64,000 nt of DNA, from positions 9,772 to 73,771 of the forward strand of contig CAZPQW010000017.1 in the NCBI GenBank assembly GCA_964588985.1. Reading direction: 5' to 3'. The notes beneath the pieces are model-generated. The model made no database searches. It was not told where the DNA came from and saw only the letters and a program-made list of their open reading frames with translations. Below, piece by piece: positions 27,956-38,194 of the stretch (position 1 is the first letter of the stretch; each line of letters starts with the position of its first letter). Source of the DNA: an uncultured Solirubrobacteraceae bacterium. GTDB taxonomy: Bacteria > Actinomycetota > Thermoleophilia > Solirubrobacterales > Solirubrobacteraceae. The position numbers and the translations under genes were made by a program.

Positions 27956-29407
27956 TCAGCCGTCGACGAGCAGGCTGTCAAGGGGCCCGAGCAGCCCCAT
28001 CGAGCGGCGCGAGACGCCGGGGAGCTCTTGCAGTCGGTGGGTCGGGGGTTCGCCGCGCTTGCGGCGCTCGAGCTGTTCACGAGCGATCGGACGCCATAGC
28101 CCGTCGATCACTCCGACCGGCTCTCCGGAGACCTGCTCCAGTGGACGCTCCAAGTGCTCGGCCCAGAGCCGCAGGCGGGTCTCGCGCGCGAAGGCGGGAT
28201 CACACGTCACGACGTTCATCTCGGTGTCGTTGAAGAACGAGTGCTCGTTGAGGTTCGCCGAGCCGATGGTCAGCCAGACGTCGTCGACGATCCCGATCTT
28301 GGCGTGAACGTACAGTGGCCCGCTGAGCCCACCGCTGCGGGCTGAGATCGTCGTTGCCAGAAAGCGCCCGGCGTCATCGTCGGCGCGAGCCAACACCCCC
28401 AGCTGGCCGCGCGTCGTGTCCGCCCCGTTGTTGGGCCGCGCGGGCAGCAGCACGACCACCCGAAAGTCCTCGCTCGGCGGCTCGCGAAGCTTGCTGGCGA
28501 GGATCTCGACCACTTGCGCGGACCACAGGAACTGGCTCTCCAGGTAGACGAGCTTGCGAGCGGAGCGCAGGGCGCGGGTGTAGGCCTCGAGGATCGAGAA
28601 CTCGCCGTCGGGCAGGAACTCGTAGATGTTCTCGGGGACGCTCCGCACGACCTGGATCTTCAGCTCGCCCGCGGGCGCGGGCGGGGGTGTTGAATCGAGC
28701 CGCTCGCCTGCGGCTTCGTGCCAGCGTGCCGCGAAGTGGGCGGCCACATCGGTCACCGCGGGCCCTCGGAGCAGGCTGGCGGCGTCGTGCCATCCCAGCC
28801 GCGAGCGCATCGGGTGATCGGGGGTGTCGAAGCGGTCGCCTCCGAGCGATGTCAGGTCGATCCCCCCGACGAACGCGAGCTCGCCGTCGATGATCACGAG
28901 CTTCTCGTGATGGCAGTGCATTGGGCGCTCGTGGGAGTCGAGCGCGCATTGGACCCGAGTGCCACGGATCAGCTCCTCGCGTACGCGGCGAACCGCCGCC
29001 CGTGCGGGCGTGAAGACGGGCACTGGCGCGCCGCCCCACAGCAGCACTCTCACCTCCATGCGCTCGGCCAGCTCGCCGAGCAGGTCGCGCAGCCTGGACG
29101 CCCCCTCGTCGCGCGTCAGGCCGAAATCAGGGGTGATGTGCCAGCCGGCTATGTGCACGTGCGAGCGCGCCTGCCCGAGCGCCTCGGCTATGCGGGGCAG
29201 CGCTTCGGCGCCGTCGATCAGCACCTCCAGCGCGCAGCCCTCGCGCGGCGGCGAAGCCCCGGCCGCCCACAGCGATCCGTCGGCCGGAGGCTCGAGCTGA
29301 TAGAGATGCCCAATGCGGCGCAGCCGGCGCCGGTGATGCGAGCCGATCGTGGCCTCGATCCCCTGACCTGCCCACCCATCCACGCGCTCGATCAAGCCTC
29401 TCTCCAC
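27956..29407 (-). CDS. Phospholipase D-family protein
   Basis: Two HKD motifs: HHEKLVIID and VHAKIGIVD. Confidence 0.9.
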   Translation of the reverse strand: MERGLIERVDGWAGQGIEATIGSHHRRRLRRIGHLYQLEPPADGSLWAAGASPPREGCALEVLIDGAEALPRIAEALGQARSHVHIAGWHITPDFGLTRDEGASRLRDLLGELAERMEVRVLLWGGAPVPVFTPARAAVRRVREELIRGTRVQCALDSHERPMHCHHEKLVIIDGELAFVGGIDLTSLGGDRFDTPDHPMRSRLGWHDAASLLRGPAVTDVAAHFAARWHEAAGERLDSTPPPAPAGELKIQVVRSVPENIYEFLPDGEFSILEAYTRALRSARKLVYLESQFLWSAQVVEILASKLREPPSEDFRVVVLLPARPNNGADTTRGQLGVLARADDDAGRFLATTISARSGGLSGPLYVHAKIGIVDDVWLTIGSANLNEHSFFNDTEMNVVTCDPAFARETRLRLWAEHLERPLEQVSGEPVGVIDGLWRPIAREQLERRKRGEPPTHRLQELPGVSRRSMGLLGPLDSLLVDG

Positions 29408-29460
29408 CCAGAGAGCCTACCCGCAGCCTGTGTCCGCTGAACGTCGTCGGACATGCTGCG

Positions 29461-30252
29461 CTAGTACTCGGGCAGGGCCTCCGGCGCGGGCTTTCCGCGC
29501 ATGAGCGCGAACGCGGCAAGCTGTGTGGCGAGAGCGACCGCGGTGGCGAGGGCGAACGCGGACGCGGTGCTCATGTGGCGCAGCGCGATAGCGAGCGCGA
29601 AGCAGAACAGCGCGAACGCGGCGAAGCCGCTGACGAGGCCGCGCAGCAGGCGCAACAGCTCGTCGGTGCCGCGCTGGTTGTGGGTGAAGGTGGCGAGCAC
29701 GGTGGCGATGATCGGGAACGGTGCGAGCAGGCCGCTCAGCTGCGGTCCGAGCCAGCCGGCGACCGCCGTGAGCGTGAGCACGAGCGCGAGCGCGCACGCG
29801 GCCCGCACAGGCAGGTCCCAGGCCGGCGGCGTGGGGTGCTCGCGTGGCTCCACCGTGGGGTGGGGGAGAAGGGTCAGGCCGCCGACCAGGCCCGCTCCCG
29901 CGATCGCGAGCGCCGCCCCGGCGGGGATGGTGAAGGCGCTGAACACGAGCGTGGAGAGCGCGAACGCGAGCCAGCCGGCGAGCATGCCGACGGCCCAGTA
30001 CACGCGCCCGGCGAGGTGCGCGTAGACGACGACGAACGCGATCAGCGACACGAGCCCGAGCAGCGTCCCCGCGGCGGCGCCGGCGGCGAACGCGCGTCCG
30101 TGCGAGAGGGCGTAGACGAGCAGGATCGGCCCGGCGACGACGGGCAGCCCCGCGATCAGCCCGCCGATCCTCGAGCCGAAGCGGCGCGCGGCCAGCGACG
30201 CGCCGACGACGAAGCTCGGTGCGAGCAGGAGCTTGACGGCGAGCAGCGGCAT
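29461..30252 (-). CDS. Integral membrane protein
   Basis: Multiple TM helices; GGLIAGLPVVAGP and GLLAPFP. Confidence 0.75.
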   Translation of the reverse strand: MPLLAVKLLLAPSFVVGASLAARRFGSRIGGLIAGLPVVAGPILLVYALSHGRAFAAGAAAGTLLGLVSLIAFVVVYAHLAGRVYWAVGMLAGWLAFALSTLVFSAFTIPAGAALAIAGAGLVGGLTLLPHPTVEPREHPTPPAWDLPVRAACALALVLTLTAVAGWLGPQLSGLLAPFPIIATVLATFTHNQRGTDELLRLLRGLVSGFAAFALFCFALAIALRHMSTASAFALATAVALATQLAAFALMRGKPAPEALPEY

Positions 30253-30354
30253 ACGCAGATGATCGCGCAAACACCGAGCTACTCCCAGGGGTCATGACAT
30301 CCACCCGTCCGCAGAGGTTGACATTCGTGCCTCGCAGGTGCGATCCTCGCCGCG

Positions 30355-33300
30355 ATGAACGCCGGGGGGCACGCCCGATCGTCTGCGCGAGGCGCTCTTA
30401 GGAGAGCCGCGCCGCTGTGTCTGGTGCTGCTCGCGCTACTCGCGATCTCCGGACTGGGTGCGAGCGGGGTGGCGTTCGGGGCTGAAACGGAAGTGGGATT
30501 CGACAACCTCGCGGCGGAAGCGATCGTCACGAACCAGTACGAAGCTCAGGGCTTGAAGCTGGGCAAAGCCACGGAATTCGGGCAGATCTCGCCGGGCAAA
30601 GGCGATTGCGGTCCACCGACGGTGCAGTCGGAAGAAGTCAGCAAAGTGCCGGCCGCGTCGCCGAAGAACTACGCGGTGCTGCCCGCGTGTCCCGGTGGCG
30701 GCACGCCGTTCAGAGGGACCTACGGCGCTCTGCTCGGCCATCCGCGCGGCGCGCTGTCGGTCGAGGTACGCAACCTCACGGTGGGTACGCCGGGCGTGGA
30801 AGTGGAGTTGGTCGGCTACGACAGCACTGGCAAAGAAGTGGCGAGCGGCAAGGTCGAAGCCGTCACGACGACGTGGCGGAGCATCGCGCTGGTGCTGGGG
30901 AGCGGCCAGCAGGTCAGCTACTTCATGATCCGCACCGCCAAAGCGAGCAGCCCGTCGATCGGGATAGACAACCTCAGCTTCGAACAGGTGAGCGAAAAAT
31001 CCGGCGGCGAAGAAGGCGGCGGGACGACCACCACGAGCACGACTCCTCCACCGCCGTCTTCGTCGATCTCGCTGCAGACCCCCAACCCCGGCCCCGGCCA
31101 GGCGTTGACGCTCAGCGGCGCGGGCTCCCAGCCCGGGTCGGGCAGGATCATCTCCTACGACTGGGACCTGAACGGCGACGGCAAGATCGACACGAGCACC
31201 GGCACCAACTCGACGGCGCACGTGATCCTCGCGCCTGGCGTCCACACGATCGGCCTGACGGTGACGAACTCCGGCGGGCAGAGCTCGAGCTCGAAATTCG
31301 GCGTGACGATCGGGAGCGTGGCGAGCGCGATCCCGCCGGCGGACGGCGGGCAGGGGCCGTGCATGCCGACGTTCGAAGAAGGCGACGCGCGGATCGTGGC
31401 GGAATGCATCCAGAAACTCCCCGGCGGTGGCTACGTGATCGCGACGAAGCAGCTCGAGCTGAACGGCATGGTGCTCGCCCCGCAGGGAGGTGGCTTCGGG
31501 ATCTTCAAGATCCAGACTGTCAAAGACATCGCGATCGCCGGCACGCAGACGCTGCTGTCGGGCTCGTCGGTGAGCATCGAGCTGCTGAACACGCCGCTCG
31601 GCGACGTGACGCTCGGCTCGCGTGATTTGGAAAGCGAACCGGTCCAGCTCACCGCCCACAGTGGGCTCTCAAGCCTGAAGATCCCAATCAACCACAGCTT
31701 CCGCGCACCGCGGGCACGCGCCGCGGGCGAAGCGACTTCGAAGACGCTGCTGATGGCGTTCGGGGTGGGCCGCGAATGCCCGGCGAAAGAAAGCAAGAAG
31801 GCGGGCTGCTGCCCGCCGGCTCACGAAAACACGGCGTGCGCGACGCTGCCGGGCAACTTCCCGCTGACGGGGCAGGTGGTGGTGTACCTGACGAACAAAG
31901 GGCAGGCGCTGCTGGACGTGCAGGTGGGGCTGACGCTGAAAGGGATCTTCGAAGCGACCGGTGCGCTCGAGATCGAGGCGGACCCGGAAACGGGGATCAA
32001 CCTCAACTCGCTGAAGTTCACCGTGCCGGAAGCGGGCCTGGAGGGGATCTTCACGGTGAAGAAAGCGTCGTTCGCGTACTACTTCCCGAGCGCGCCGGAA
32101 GAATCCAAGCGCGACACGTGGCAGGCCGAAGGCACGATCGTGTTCGGTCCGCTCGGCGAACCGTCGCTGGAAGCGGAACTGGCGTTCAAGAAAGGCCAGT
32201 TCCACTCGGCGTCGCTCGTGTTCGTGGCGCCGCCGCCCGGCATCCCGATCTACCCGGGCGTGGCGTTGAACAAGCTCGGCGGCTCGATCGGGGTGGAACC
32301 GTTCTCCTTCGGCGGGACGCTCGGCGCGAGCGTCGCGACGCAGCTGGAGCTGACGCTGTCGTTCAAGTACCGCGAAGCGAGCGGCACCGAACTGGGCTTC
32401 TTCGGCGGCCAGGGCCAGCTCGAACTGGACGACGACAAGATCGCGACGCTCGCGGCGGACGTGTACTCCGACGGCTACATCGACGCGCAGCTGAACATCG
32501 ACCTGCACATCCCGTTCTCCTCGGAAAACCCAGTCGTGAAGGTGGGCGGCAACATCGGCTTCTGGGACGAACCCGCGAGCGGCCTGTGGCAGGCGGAAGG
32601 CAACGTGTACGTGAAGCTGTGGGAAATCAGCGCGGAAGCGGCGGCGCTGGTGAACAACCAGTACATCGCAGGCTGTCTCAGCGCCGGAGGCTTTGGGATC
32701 CAGGGCCGCTACCGCTTCTCCGACGGCAACATCGACGGAGGCCTGTTCGGCTTCAGCAACTGCTCAGACCAGCTGAAACAGTACAAGCAGAAACCGCTCG
32801 TGACGCACTCCGGTGGCTTCGTCGGCGAAGCGCTGAGGTTCCCACACCACAGTCACTCGGGCTGGAGCGGTATATCCGCGCCGAGCGACGCGCTGACGGC
32901 GGCGGCGCAGGGCGCGGCCGACACGTTCACCCTGCCCTCGGGCCAGTTCGGCCAGGAGCTGCGGCTGACGTCTACCACGGGCACGCCGGTGGTGACGCTG
33001 ATCGCGCCGGGCGGGCAGACGTACACGACGCCCGCCGCGCCGGGGCAGATCGTGTCGGTGCCGGGCCAGTTCATCGCGGCGATCGCGCCGGATCACAACC
33101 AGGTGCTCGTGCTGCTGAAGCACCCCGGCGGCGGTACGTGGCGCGTGCAGAGCACGGCCGGCGCTCCGCCGCTGCAGAAGCTGGAAGTCGCGGCGGACGC
33201 GCCGCCGGCGACGGTGCGGGTGAAGGTGAAGCACGCGCATGGATCGAGGTGGTCGCTGAGCTACAAGATCGGCCACTACGTGCCTGGTACGAAGGTGCGG

Positions 33301-33798
33301 TTCGTGGAACGCGGCCGCGACAGCACGCACGTGCTCGGCACGGCGAGCCGCTCGGCGGGGACGCTGCGGTTCACGCCCCAGGACGCGATCTCGCGGTCAC
33401 GGAGGATCGTGGTTTACGTGCTGAACGCGGAAGGCATGCCCGTGCGCGAGCTGACGGTCGGGCGCTACACCGCGCCGGCCGCCGGGAGAGCGGGGCGCGT
33501 GGGGCGGGTGCGGATCGTTCGGCGCGGGCTGACGGCGCTGGTGAGCTGGGGCGCCGCGCCGGGCGCGCGCGGCTACGCGATCACGGTGCGCGGCAGCGAC
33601 GGGCGGCTCGAGACCCTGACCGCCGCCGCGAGGCACCGCTCGGTGGTGCTGACGAACGTGCTGCCGTTCGAGAGCTTCACGGTGACGGTGAAGGGCAGGG
33701 GAGGGCCGAACCTGCTGGCGGGACGGTCGGCGACGGGGAGGCTCGCGGCGGTGAAGGTCGGCAGGCCCACGTCGCGCAAGCGCAAGCGCAAGGGGTAG
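30355..33798 (+). CDS. Large secreted PKD-domain protein
   Basis: Signal peptide, IISYDWDLNGDG PKD motif, beta-rich body, FN3-like basic C-terminus. Confidence 0.8.
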   Translation: MNAGGHARSSARGALRRAAPLCLVLLALLAISGLGASGVAFGAETEVGFDNLAAEAIVTNQYEAQGLKLGKATEFGQISPGKGDCGPPTVQSEEVSKVPAASPKNYAVLPACPGGGTPFRGTYGALLGHPRGALSVEVRNLTVGTPGVEVELVGYDSTGKEVASGKVEAVTTTWRSIALVLGSGQQVSYFMIRTAKASSPSIGIDNLSFEQVSEKSGGEEGGGTTTTSTTPPPPSSSISLQTPNPGPGQALTLSGAGSQPGSGRIISYDWDLNGDGKIDTSTGTNSTAHVILAPGVHTIGLTVTNSGGQSSSSKFGVTIGSVASAIPPADGGQGPCMPTFEEGDARIVAECIQKLPGGGYVIATKQLELNGMVLAPQGGGFGIFKIQTVKDIAIAGTQTLLSGSSVSIELLNTPLGDVTLGSRDLESEPVQLTAHSGLSSLKIPINHSFRAPRARAAGEATSKTLLMAFGVGRECPAKESKKAGCCPPAHENTACATLPGNFPLTGQVVVYLTNKGQALLDVQVGLTLKGIFEATGALEIEADPETGINLNSLKFTVPEAGLEGIFTVKKASFAYYFPSAPEESKRDTWQAEGTIVFGPLGEPSLEAELAFKKGQFHSASLVFVAPPPGIPIYPGVALNKLGGSIGVEPFSFGGTLGASVATQLELTLSFKYREASGTELGFFGGQGQLELDDDKIATLAADVYSDGYIDAQLNIDLHIPFSSENPVVKVGGNIGFWDEPASGLWQAEGNVYVKLWEISAEAAALVNNQYIAGCLSAGGFGIQGRYRFSDGNIDGGLFGFSNCSDQLKQYKQKPLVTHSGGFVGEALRFPHHSHSGWSGISAPSDALTAAAQGAADTFTLPSGQFGQELRLTSTTGTPVVTLIAPGGQTYTTPAAPGQIVSVPGQFIAAIAPDHNQVLVLLKHPGGGTWRVQSTAGAPPLQKLEVAADAPPATVRVKVKHAHGSRWSLSYKIGHYVPGTKVRFVERGRDSTHVLGTASRSAGTLRFTPQDAISRSRRIVVYVLNAEGMPVRELTVGRYTAPAAGRAGRVGRVRIVRRGLTALVSWGAAPGARGYAITVRGSDGRLETLTAAARHRSVVLTNVLPFESFTVTVKGRGGPNLLAGRSATGRLAAVKVGRPTSRKRKRKG

Positions 33799-33969
33799 CG
33801 GCGCGCACACCTGAGACCGCAGTCGAGCCGTCGTGCGCGGTGGACCCTTGGTCGTTGGCGCTTGTCGCCGGAGGCGGCAGCAGGGTTGCGAAGTGCGTCG
33901 TGCCTCGTTGCCGCGGACAGCGCGGTGTGGCCGGGTGGCTTGCCCCACCTGCGATGCGGGTGGTGCGGA

Positions 33970-34890
33970 TTAGCGACGTAACTCCGCCTGTAGCCGGGTT
34001 GCGAGGCGGACGGAGGCGTCGATCTCGACTTGGCGGATTGAGACGCTCTCGACGCTGATCCCGAATGGGACGCCGACGCGCCGGCAGAATGCGATCAGCT
34101 CGACGGCCGTAGCGACGGCTTGCTCGTAGGACGCTTCGAGGGTGTCCTCCGCGTGGCGCAGCTCGTTCTCGATCCAGCGCGGCACATCCACACCGAGCCA
34201 TTGAACGAACTCCAGTGTCTTCACCGACCCGCAGACCGAGAACGTAAAGACGATCGGCGCCGGCTTGAGGCCGCGAGCGGCGCACTCGTAGTGATAGTCG
34301 GAGACCAGATCCTTGGCGGCGTTGATGTCATAGACGATCTGGGTGACAAAGAACGAGCAACCTGCAGCCCGCTTCGCAAGCAGACGGAGGTGCTCCGTGC
34401 CTCCGCGCGCGTGGCGCTCTGGGATCGCCACACCTCCGAGCAGGAGATCCGGGCGCACCTCACTCCGTAGTTCGTAGGCCCGCGGCAGAGAGGTCGCGAC
34501 CGGCTTTCCACGGGACGACGCACCGACGAACACCGACAGCGCCCGGGTTGGGTCCTGTTCGCTGAGCCACGACTGAAGCTGTTGCTCCGGGTACTTGCTG
34601 ACAGCGCGGTACACGATTGCGGGTACCTCCAAGCCGACGAGATCGCGAGCGAGGTAGTCGGCGGGGTCCATCGTGGGCAGGAACGGAAAGGGCCGTTCCT
34701 CGGGATTGCGGTCGCTCTCGTCATCAATGTCGTAGAGCACGAGGCCGTCGATGCCCACGGGGCGCAGGCGCTCGAGCGTCTTCGCGGCGATCTGACGGGC
34801 GTGCTCCGGGTCGGTCGTCAGGCGCGGTGGCGTTAGCGCGAAGAGCAAGAACGCACCCGTCCCCTCCGCAATGCGTCGCTGCAGCTCCAC
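33970..34890 (-). CDS. Methylenetetrahydrofolate reductase-like protein
   Basis: YDIDDESDR..ERPFPF, GGVAIPERH, CSFFVTQIVYD. Confidence 0.75.
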   Translation of the reverse strand: MELQRRIAEGTGAFLLFALTPPRLTTDPEHARQIAAKTLERLRPVGIDGLVLYDIDDESDRNPEERPFPFLPTMDPADYLARDLVGLEVPAIVYRAVSKYPEQQLQSWLSEQDPTRALSVFVGASSRGKPVATSLPRAYELRSEVRPDLLLGGVAIPERHARGGTEHLRLLAKRAAGCSFFVTQIVYDINAAKDLVSDYHYECAARGLKPAPIVFTFSVCGSVKTLEFVQWLGVDVPRWIENELRHAEDTLEASYEQAVATAVELIAFCRRVGVPFGISVESVSIRQVEIDASVRLATRLQAELRR

Positions 34891-34964
34891 GCGCCGAAGC
34901 GTAGCCGAGCGCCTGTGCGCTACGACTTGGCGCCAGCGGTTGGCGGCTGCGATAGGCTCCGCGC

Positions 34965-35549
34965 GTGACCCGGCGTCCACAGTTTCTTTGGGTTATGTGC
35001 GCGTGCGTTGTCGCCTGTTCGGTGCTCCTCGCGGGGCTGAGGGCCGAAGTCGGCGCCGCAGAAGCAAACGGCGGCCCATGGTGTGTTCCTTATGAAGGGA
35101 ACGGGATACCGCCCGGCAGCGGCATCCCGCCGTGGGGATTTCACGCTAGGGAGTCGTTCAAGCACGGGGTCAGCGGCTCCTCGCACGGTTGGGGGGACAT
35201 CAACCTGAACGCCAACTGGATCTCCGGCAAAATTTGTCAAACACTCGACGGTGGCGGTCAGTCTGGCCGCATGATGTCGGTGAGGCTCGGGCCGCGCATT
35301 CTTTACCACTCACACGTTGCCGTCATGTGGGGCTATCCGGGCAACGTCATCAAGGCTCCTATAAAGGTCATCTCGAGCACGGACTCCAAATGCAAGGTCG
35401 GGACGCCGGGTCACGTGACGATGTACACGAGTTACAACAACGTCAAATCCGACAGCATCCAGTTCTTCTTCGGTAGCGGGTGCCTGGACGGTAGTCGTCT
35501 GTACCACGGTGGGGCTCAGACAGTGAATGCGCAGGTCCCACCGCTGTAG
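34965..35549 (+). CDS. Secreted hypothetical protein
   Basis: Signal-peptide-like N-terminus, Cys-containing mature region. Confidence 0.6.
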   Translation: MTRRPQFLWVMCACVVACSVLLAGLRAEVGAAEANGGPWCVPYEGNGIPPGSGIPPWGFHARESFKHGVSGSSHGWGDINLNANWISGKICQTLDGGGQSGRMMSVRLGPRILYHSHVAVMWGYPGNVIKAPIKVISSTDSKCKVGTPGHVTMYTSYNNVKSDSIQFFFGSGCLDGSRLYHGGAQTVNAQVPPL

Positions 35550-35728
35550 GGCGCCCGCGCGCCCGCGAGTAGCGAACCTGCCGGGGATGAACGCGAGCAG
35601 CGCATCCGACCCGTTTGCGTGGCCAGGTAGCCGGACGATTCCAGGCAGCATCGAGCTACATAGTCAGATCAGGCTCGAACTTTTCCGGGGCGGTTCAATG
35701 TCGGGAATCAATAGTGTCACGAGTCCAG

Positions 35729-37960
35729 ATGCCCAAACTGCCCGCTTACGACGATGAACCTTCAGTCCGGCATCGCGCGGGGGCGCAGGCGGCGGGAGGG
35801 TCCGGTCCCGGCTCAGCGATCGATGAGCGGGCGGGGATCGCGCGCTTGACGCGATTTGTGCTGGCGCACCGCCGGCTGGTGATGGTCGCGTGGCTGGTGG
35901 TGTTCCTCGCGAGTGCCGCGGGCGCCTCGCACGTGTCCAAGCGCCTGTCGTCGGACTTCTCACTGCCAGGCCAGCCGGGGTATGAGACCTCGCTGGAGAT
36001 CGCCCGCCTCTACGACAACGGCGGGCTGGAGCCGCCGTCGCTAGCGGTGCTAACGGTCCCGGCAGGCCACACTGTGCTGGGCGAGCGGGGGCAGATCGTC
36101 GCGGCGGTGGCGAGGATGCGCGCGAGTGTCCCGGGGGTGCGCGTGGTCGATTTCGCCAACACCGAGGGGCAGCGCATGATCACCCGGGACGGCCGCACCA
36201 CCTATCTGCTGATGTTCACCCCGCTGGAGAAGACCTTCGGCACCAGCAAGATCCCGCAGCGCGCCAACCTGGTGCTGGCGGCGGCGCTGCCGCCGGGAAC
36301 GCGCAGCCAGCTGACGGGCCTGACGCAGCTCGCCAACGGCGGAGAATCGGGTGGGCCGGGTGTGTTCCTGGAGACGATCTTCGGCGGTCTCGGCGCTCTG
36401 GCGGTGCTGGCATTCGTGTTCGCGTCGCTGCTGGCCTTCCTCCCGCTGCTGATCGCGGCGGTGGCGATCCTCACCACGCTGCTGGTGATCCTGGGGATGA
36501 CCTATATCGCTGACGTGTCCTTCATCGTGCAGTACCTCATTTCGCTCGTCGGTCTGGGGGTGGCGATCGACTACTCGCTGTTGATCGTCACGCGCTGGCG
36601 CGAGGAGCGCGCGCACGGGCGCGAGAACCACGACGCGGTGGTGGCGGCAATGAGCACCGCCGGGCGCGCGGTGGTGCTCTCGGGCCTGGTCGTGGCGATC
36701 GGCCTGCTCGCCCTGATCGTGCTGCCCGTCCCGGGGCTGCGCTCGGTGGGCTACGGCGGAATGCTGATCCCGTTCGTCTCGACGTTCGTGGCGCTGACGC
36801 TGCTGCCGGCGCTGCTCGGTGGGGTGGGGCCGCGCGTGGACTGGCCGCGCATCCGCCACGAGCAGGAGGCGAGCAGGGGATGGACGGCGTGGACGCGCAT
36901 GGTGGTGCGTCACCGCTGGCTGGCCGCGGGAGCGGCGATCGCGATCCTCGTGGTTTTGATCGTGCCGCTCTTCAGCCTGACGACGGGCGAAACGAGCGCG
37001 AGCGCGCAGGCGCACACCGGCCCGGCGCACGTGGGCTACGAACGACTGCGCGCGGGCGGCATGGCAACCGGTGCGATCACGCCGCTTGAAGTGCTGGTCC
37101 GCTCGGACCAGGCGCAAGCTGTGCGCACGCGCCTGGCAGCGGTCCCCGGGATGGCCGACGCGTTGCGCTCGGACGCTCCCGACAGCAACCGCGCGGGCAC
37201 GAGCATCGTCGTGGGCATCCCCCGACAGGAGACCGTCAACTCCACCACGCTCGACCCGCTCCGCGCCGCGCGCCGCGCCCTGGAAGGGCGCCCCGGCGTG
37301 ATCGGCATCGCAGGCGTGGGAGCAACCCTGCTCGACTACCAGCACGCGGTGTTCGGCAACTTCCCGCTGATGTTTGCCGTCATCGCACTGCTCACCATCC
37401 TGGTGCTGGCGCGTGCCTTCCGCTCGGTCGTGCTGGCTGTCAAGGCGGTGGTGCTCAACCTCATCTCGATGGCTGCGGCCTTTGGCCTGATGACGTGGTT
37501 CTGGCAGGAGGGCCACGGCTCGAACCTCATCTTCGGGATCCCCGCGACGGGCGCGATCGTGTTCTGGGTGCCGATCCTCGTGTTCGCCTTCCTCTTCGGC
37601 CTGTCGATGGACTACGAGGTGTTCATCCTCGCGCGCGTGCGCGAGGAGTACGACCGCACGGGCTCCACCGACCAGTCACTCATAATCGGCCTGGGTCGCA
37701 CCGGGCGCCTGGTGACGAGCGCGGCGCTGATCCTGTTCCTGGCATTCGCCTCGCTGGCCTCCGCGCCGAACACCAACATCAAGATGCTCGCAACCGGACT
37801 GGGAGCAGGAATCCTGCTCGACGCCACGGTCGTACGAGCGCTGCTGCTGCCCTCCCTCGTCTCACTGCTGGGCGACTGGAACTGGTGGTTCCCCACCCCC
37901 GTTGCCCGGCTGCTACGCGCCCCCGCGAGAGCCCCACGCAGCACCCCGAACGAAACCTGA
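35729..37960 (+). CDS. MMPL-family transporter
   Basis: GVAIDYSLLIV and FGLSMDYEVFIL; start uncertain. Confidence 0.92.
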   Translation: MPKLPAYDDEPSVRHRAGAQAAGGSGPGSAIDERAGIARLTRFVLAHRRLVMVAWLVVFLASAAGASHVSKRLSSDFSLPGQPGYETSLEIARLYDNGGLEPPSLAVLTVPAGHTVLGERGQIVAAVARMRASVPGVRVVDFANTEGQRMITRDGRTTYLLMFTPLEKTFGTSKIPQRANLVLAAALPPGTRSQLTGLTQLANGGESGGPGVFLETIFGGLGALAVLAFVFASLLAFLPLLIAAVAILTTLLVILGMTYIADVSFIVQYLISLVGLGVAIDYSLLIVTRWREERAHGRENHDAVVAAMSTAGRAVVLSGLVVAIGLLALIVLPVPGLRSVGYGGMLIPFVSTFVALTLLPALLGGVGPRVDWPRIRHEQEASRGWTAWTRMVVRHRWLAAGAAIAILVVLIVPLFSLTTGETSASAQAHTGPAHVGYERLRAGGMATGAITPLEVLVRSDQAQAVRTRLAAVPGMADALRSDAPDSNRAGTSIVVGIPRQETVNSTTLDPLRAARRALEGRPGVIGIAGVGATLLDYQHAVFGNFPLMFAVIALLTILVLARAFRSVVLAVKAVVLNLISMAAAFGLMTWFWQEGHGSNLIFGIPATGAIVFWVPILVFAFLFGLSMDYEVFILARVREEYDRTGSTDQSLIIGLGRTGRLVTSAALILFLAFASLASAPNTNIKMLATGLGAGILLDATVVRALLLPSLVSLLGDWNWWFPTPVARLLRAPARAPRSTPNET

Positions 37961-38194
37961 CCGGTTTCGGTGCTCAGCTGACGCTGACTATCGGTCCCGA
38001 CGGTGGGACGACGCGGTCCAGGAGGGCGAAGCTGTCCTTGATATGCCCCTGCCGGGTCCGATCGGTGCGCAGCGCGGGTGATCCCTTAGGCGAAGGGGCC
38101 GTCAACCCGTGCCTCGCGGCCGCTCGGGTTGCTACCGCCACGCGTCACTGAACGCGCTGTGGCGCAGCAGGTAGCTGTAACCATGGTCGCTTCG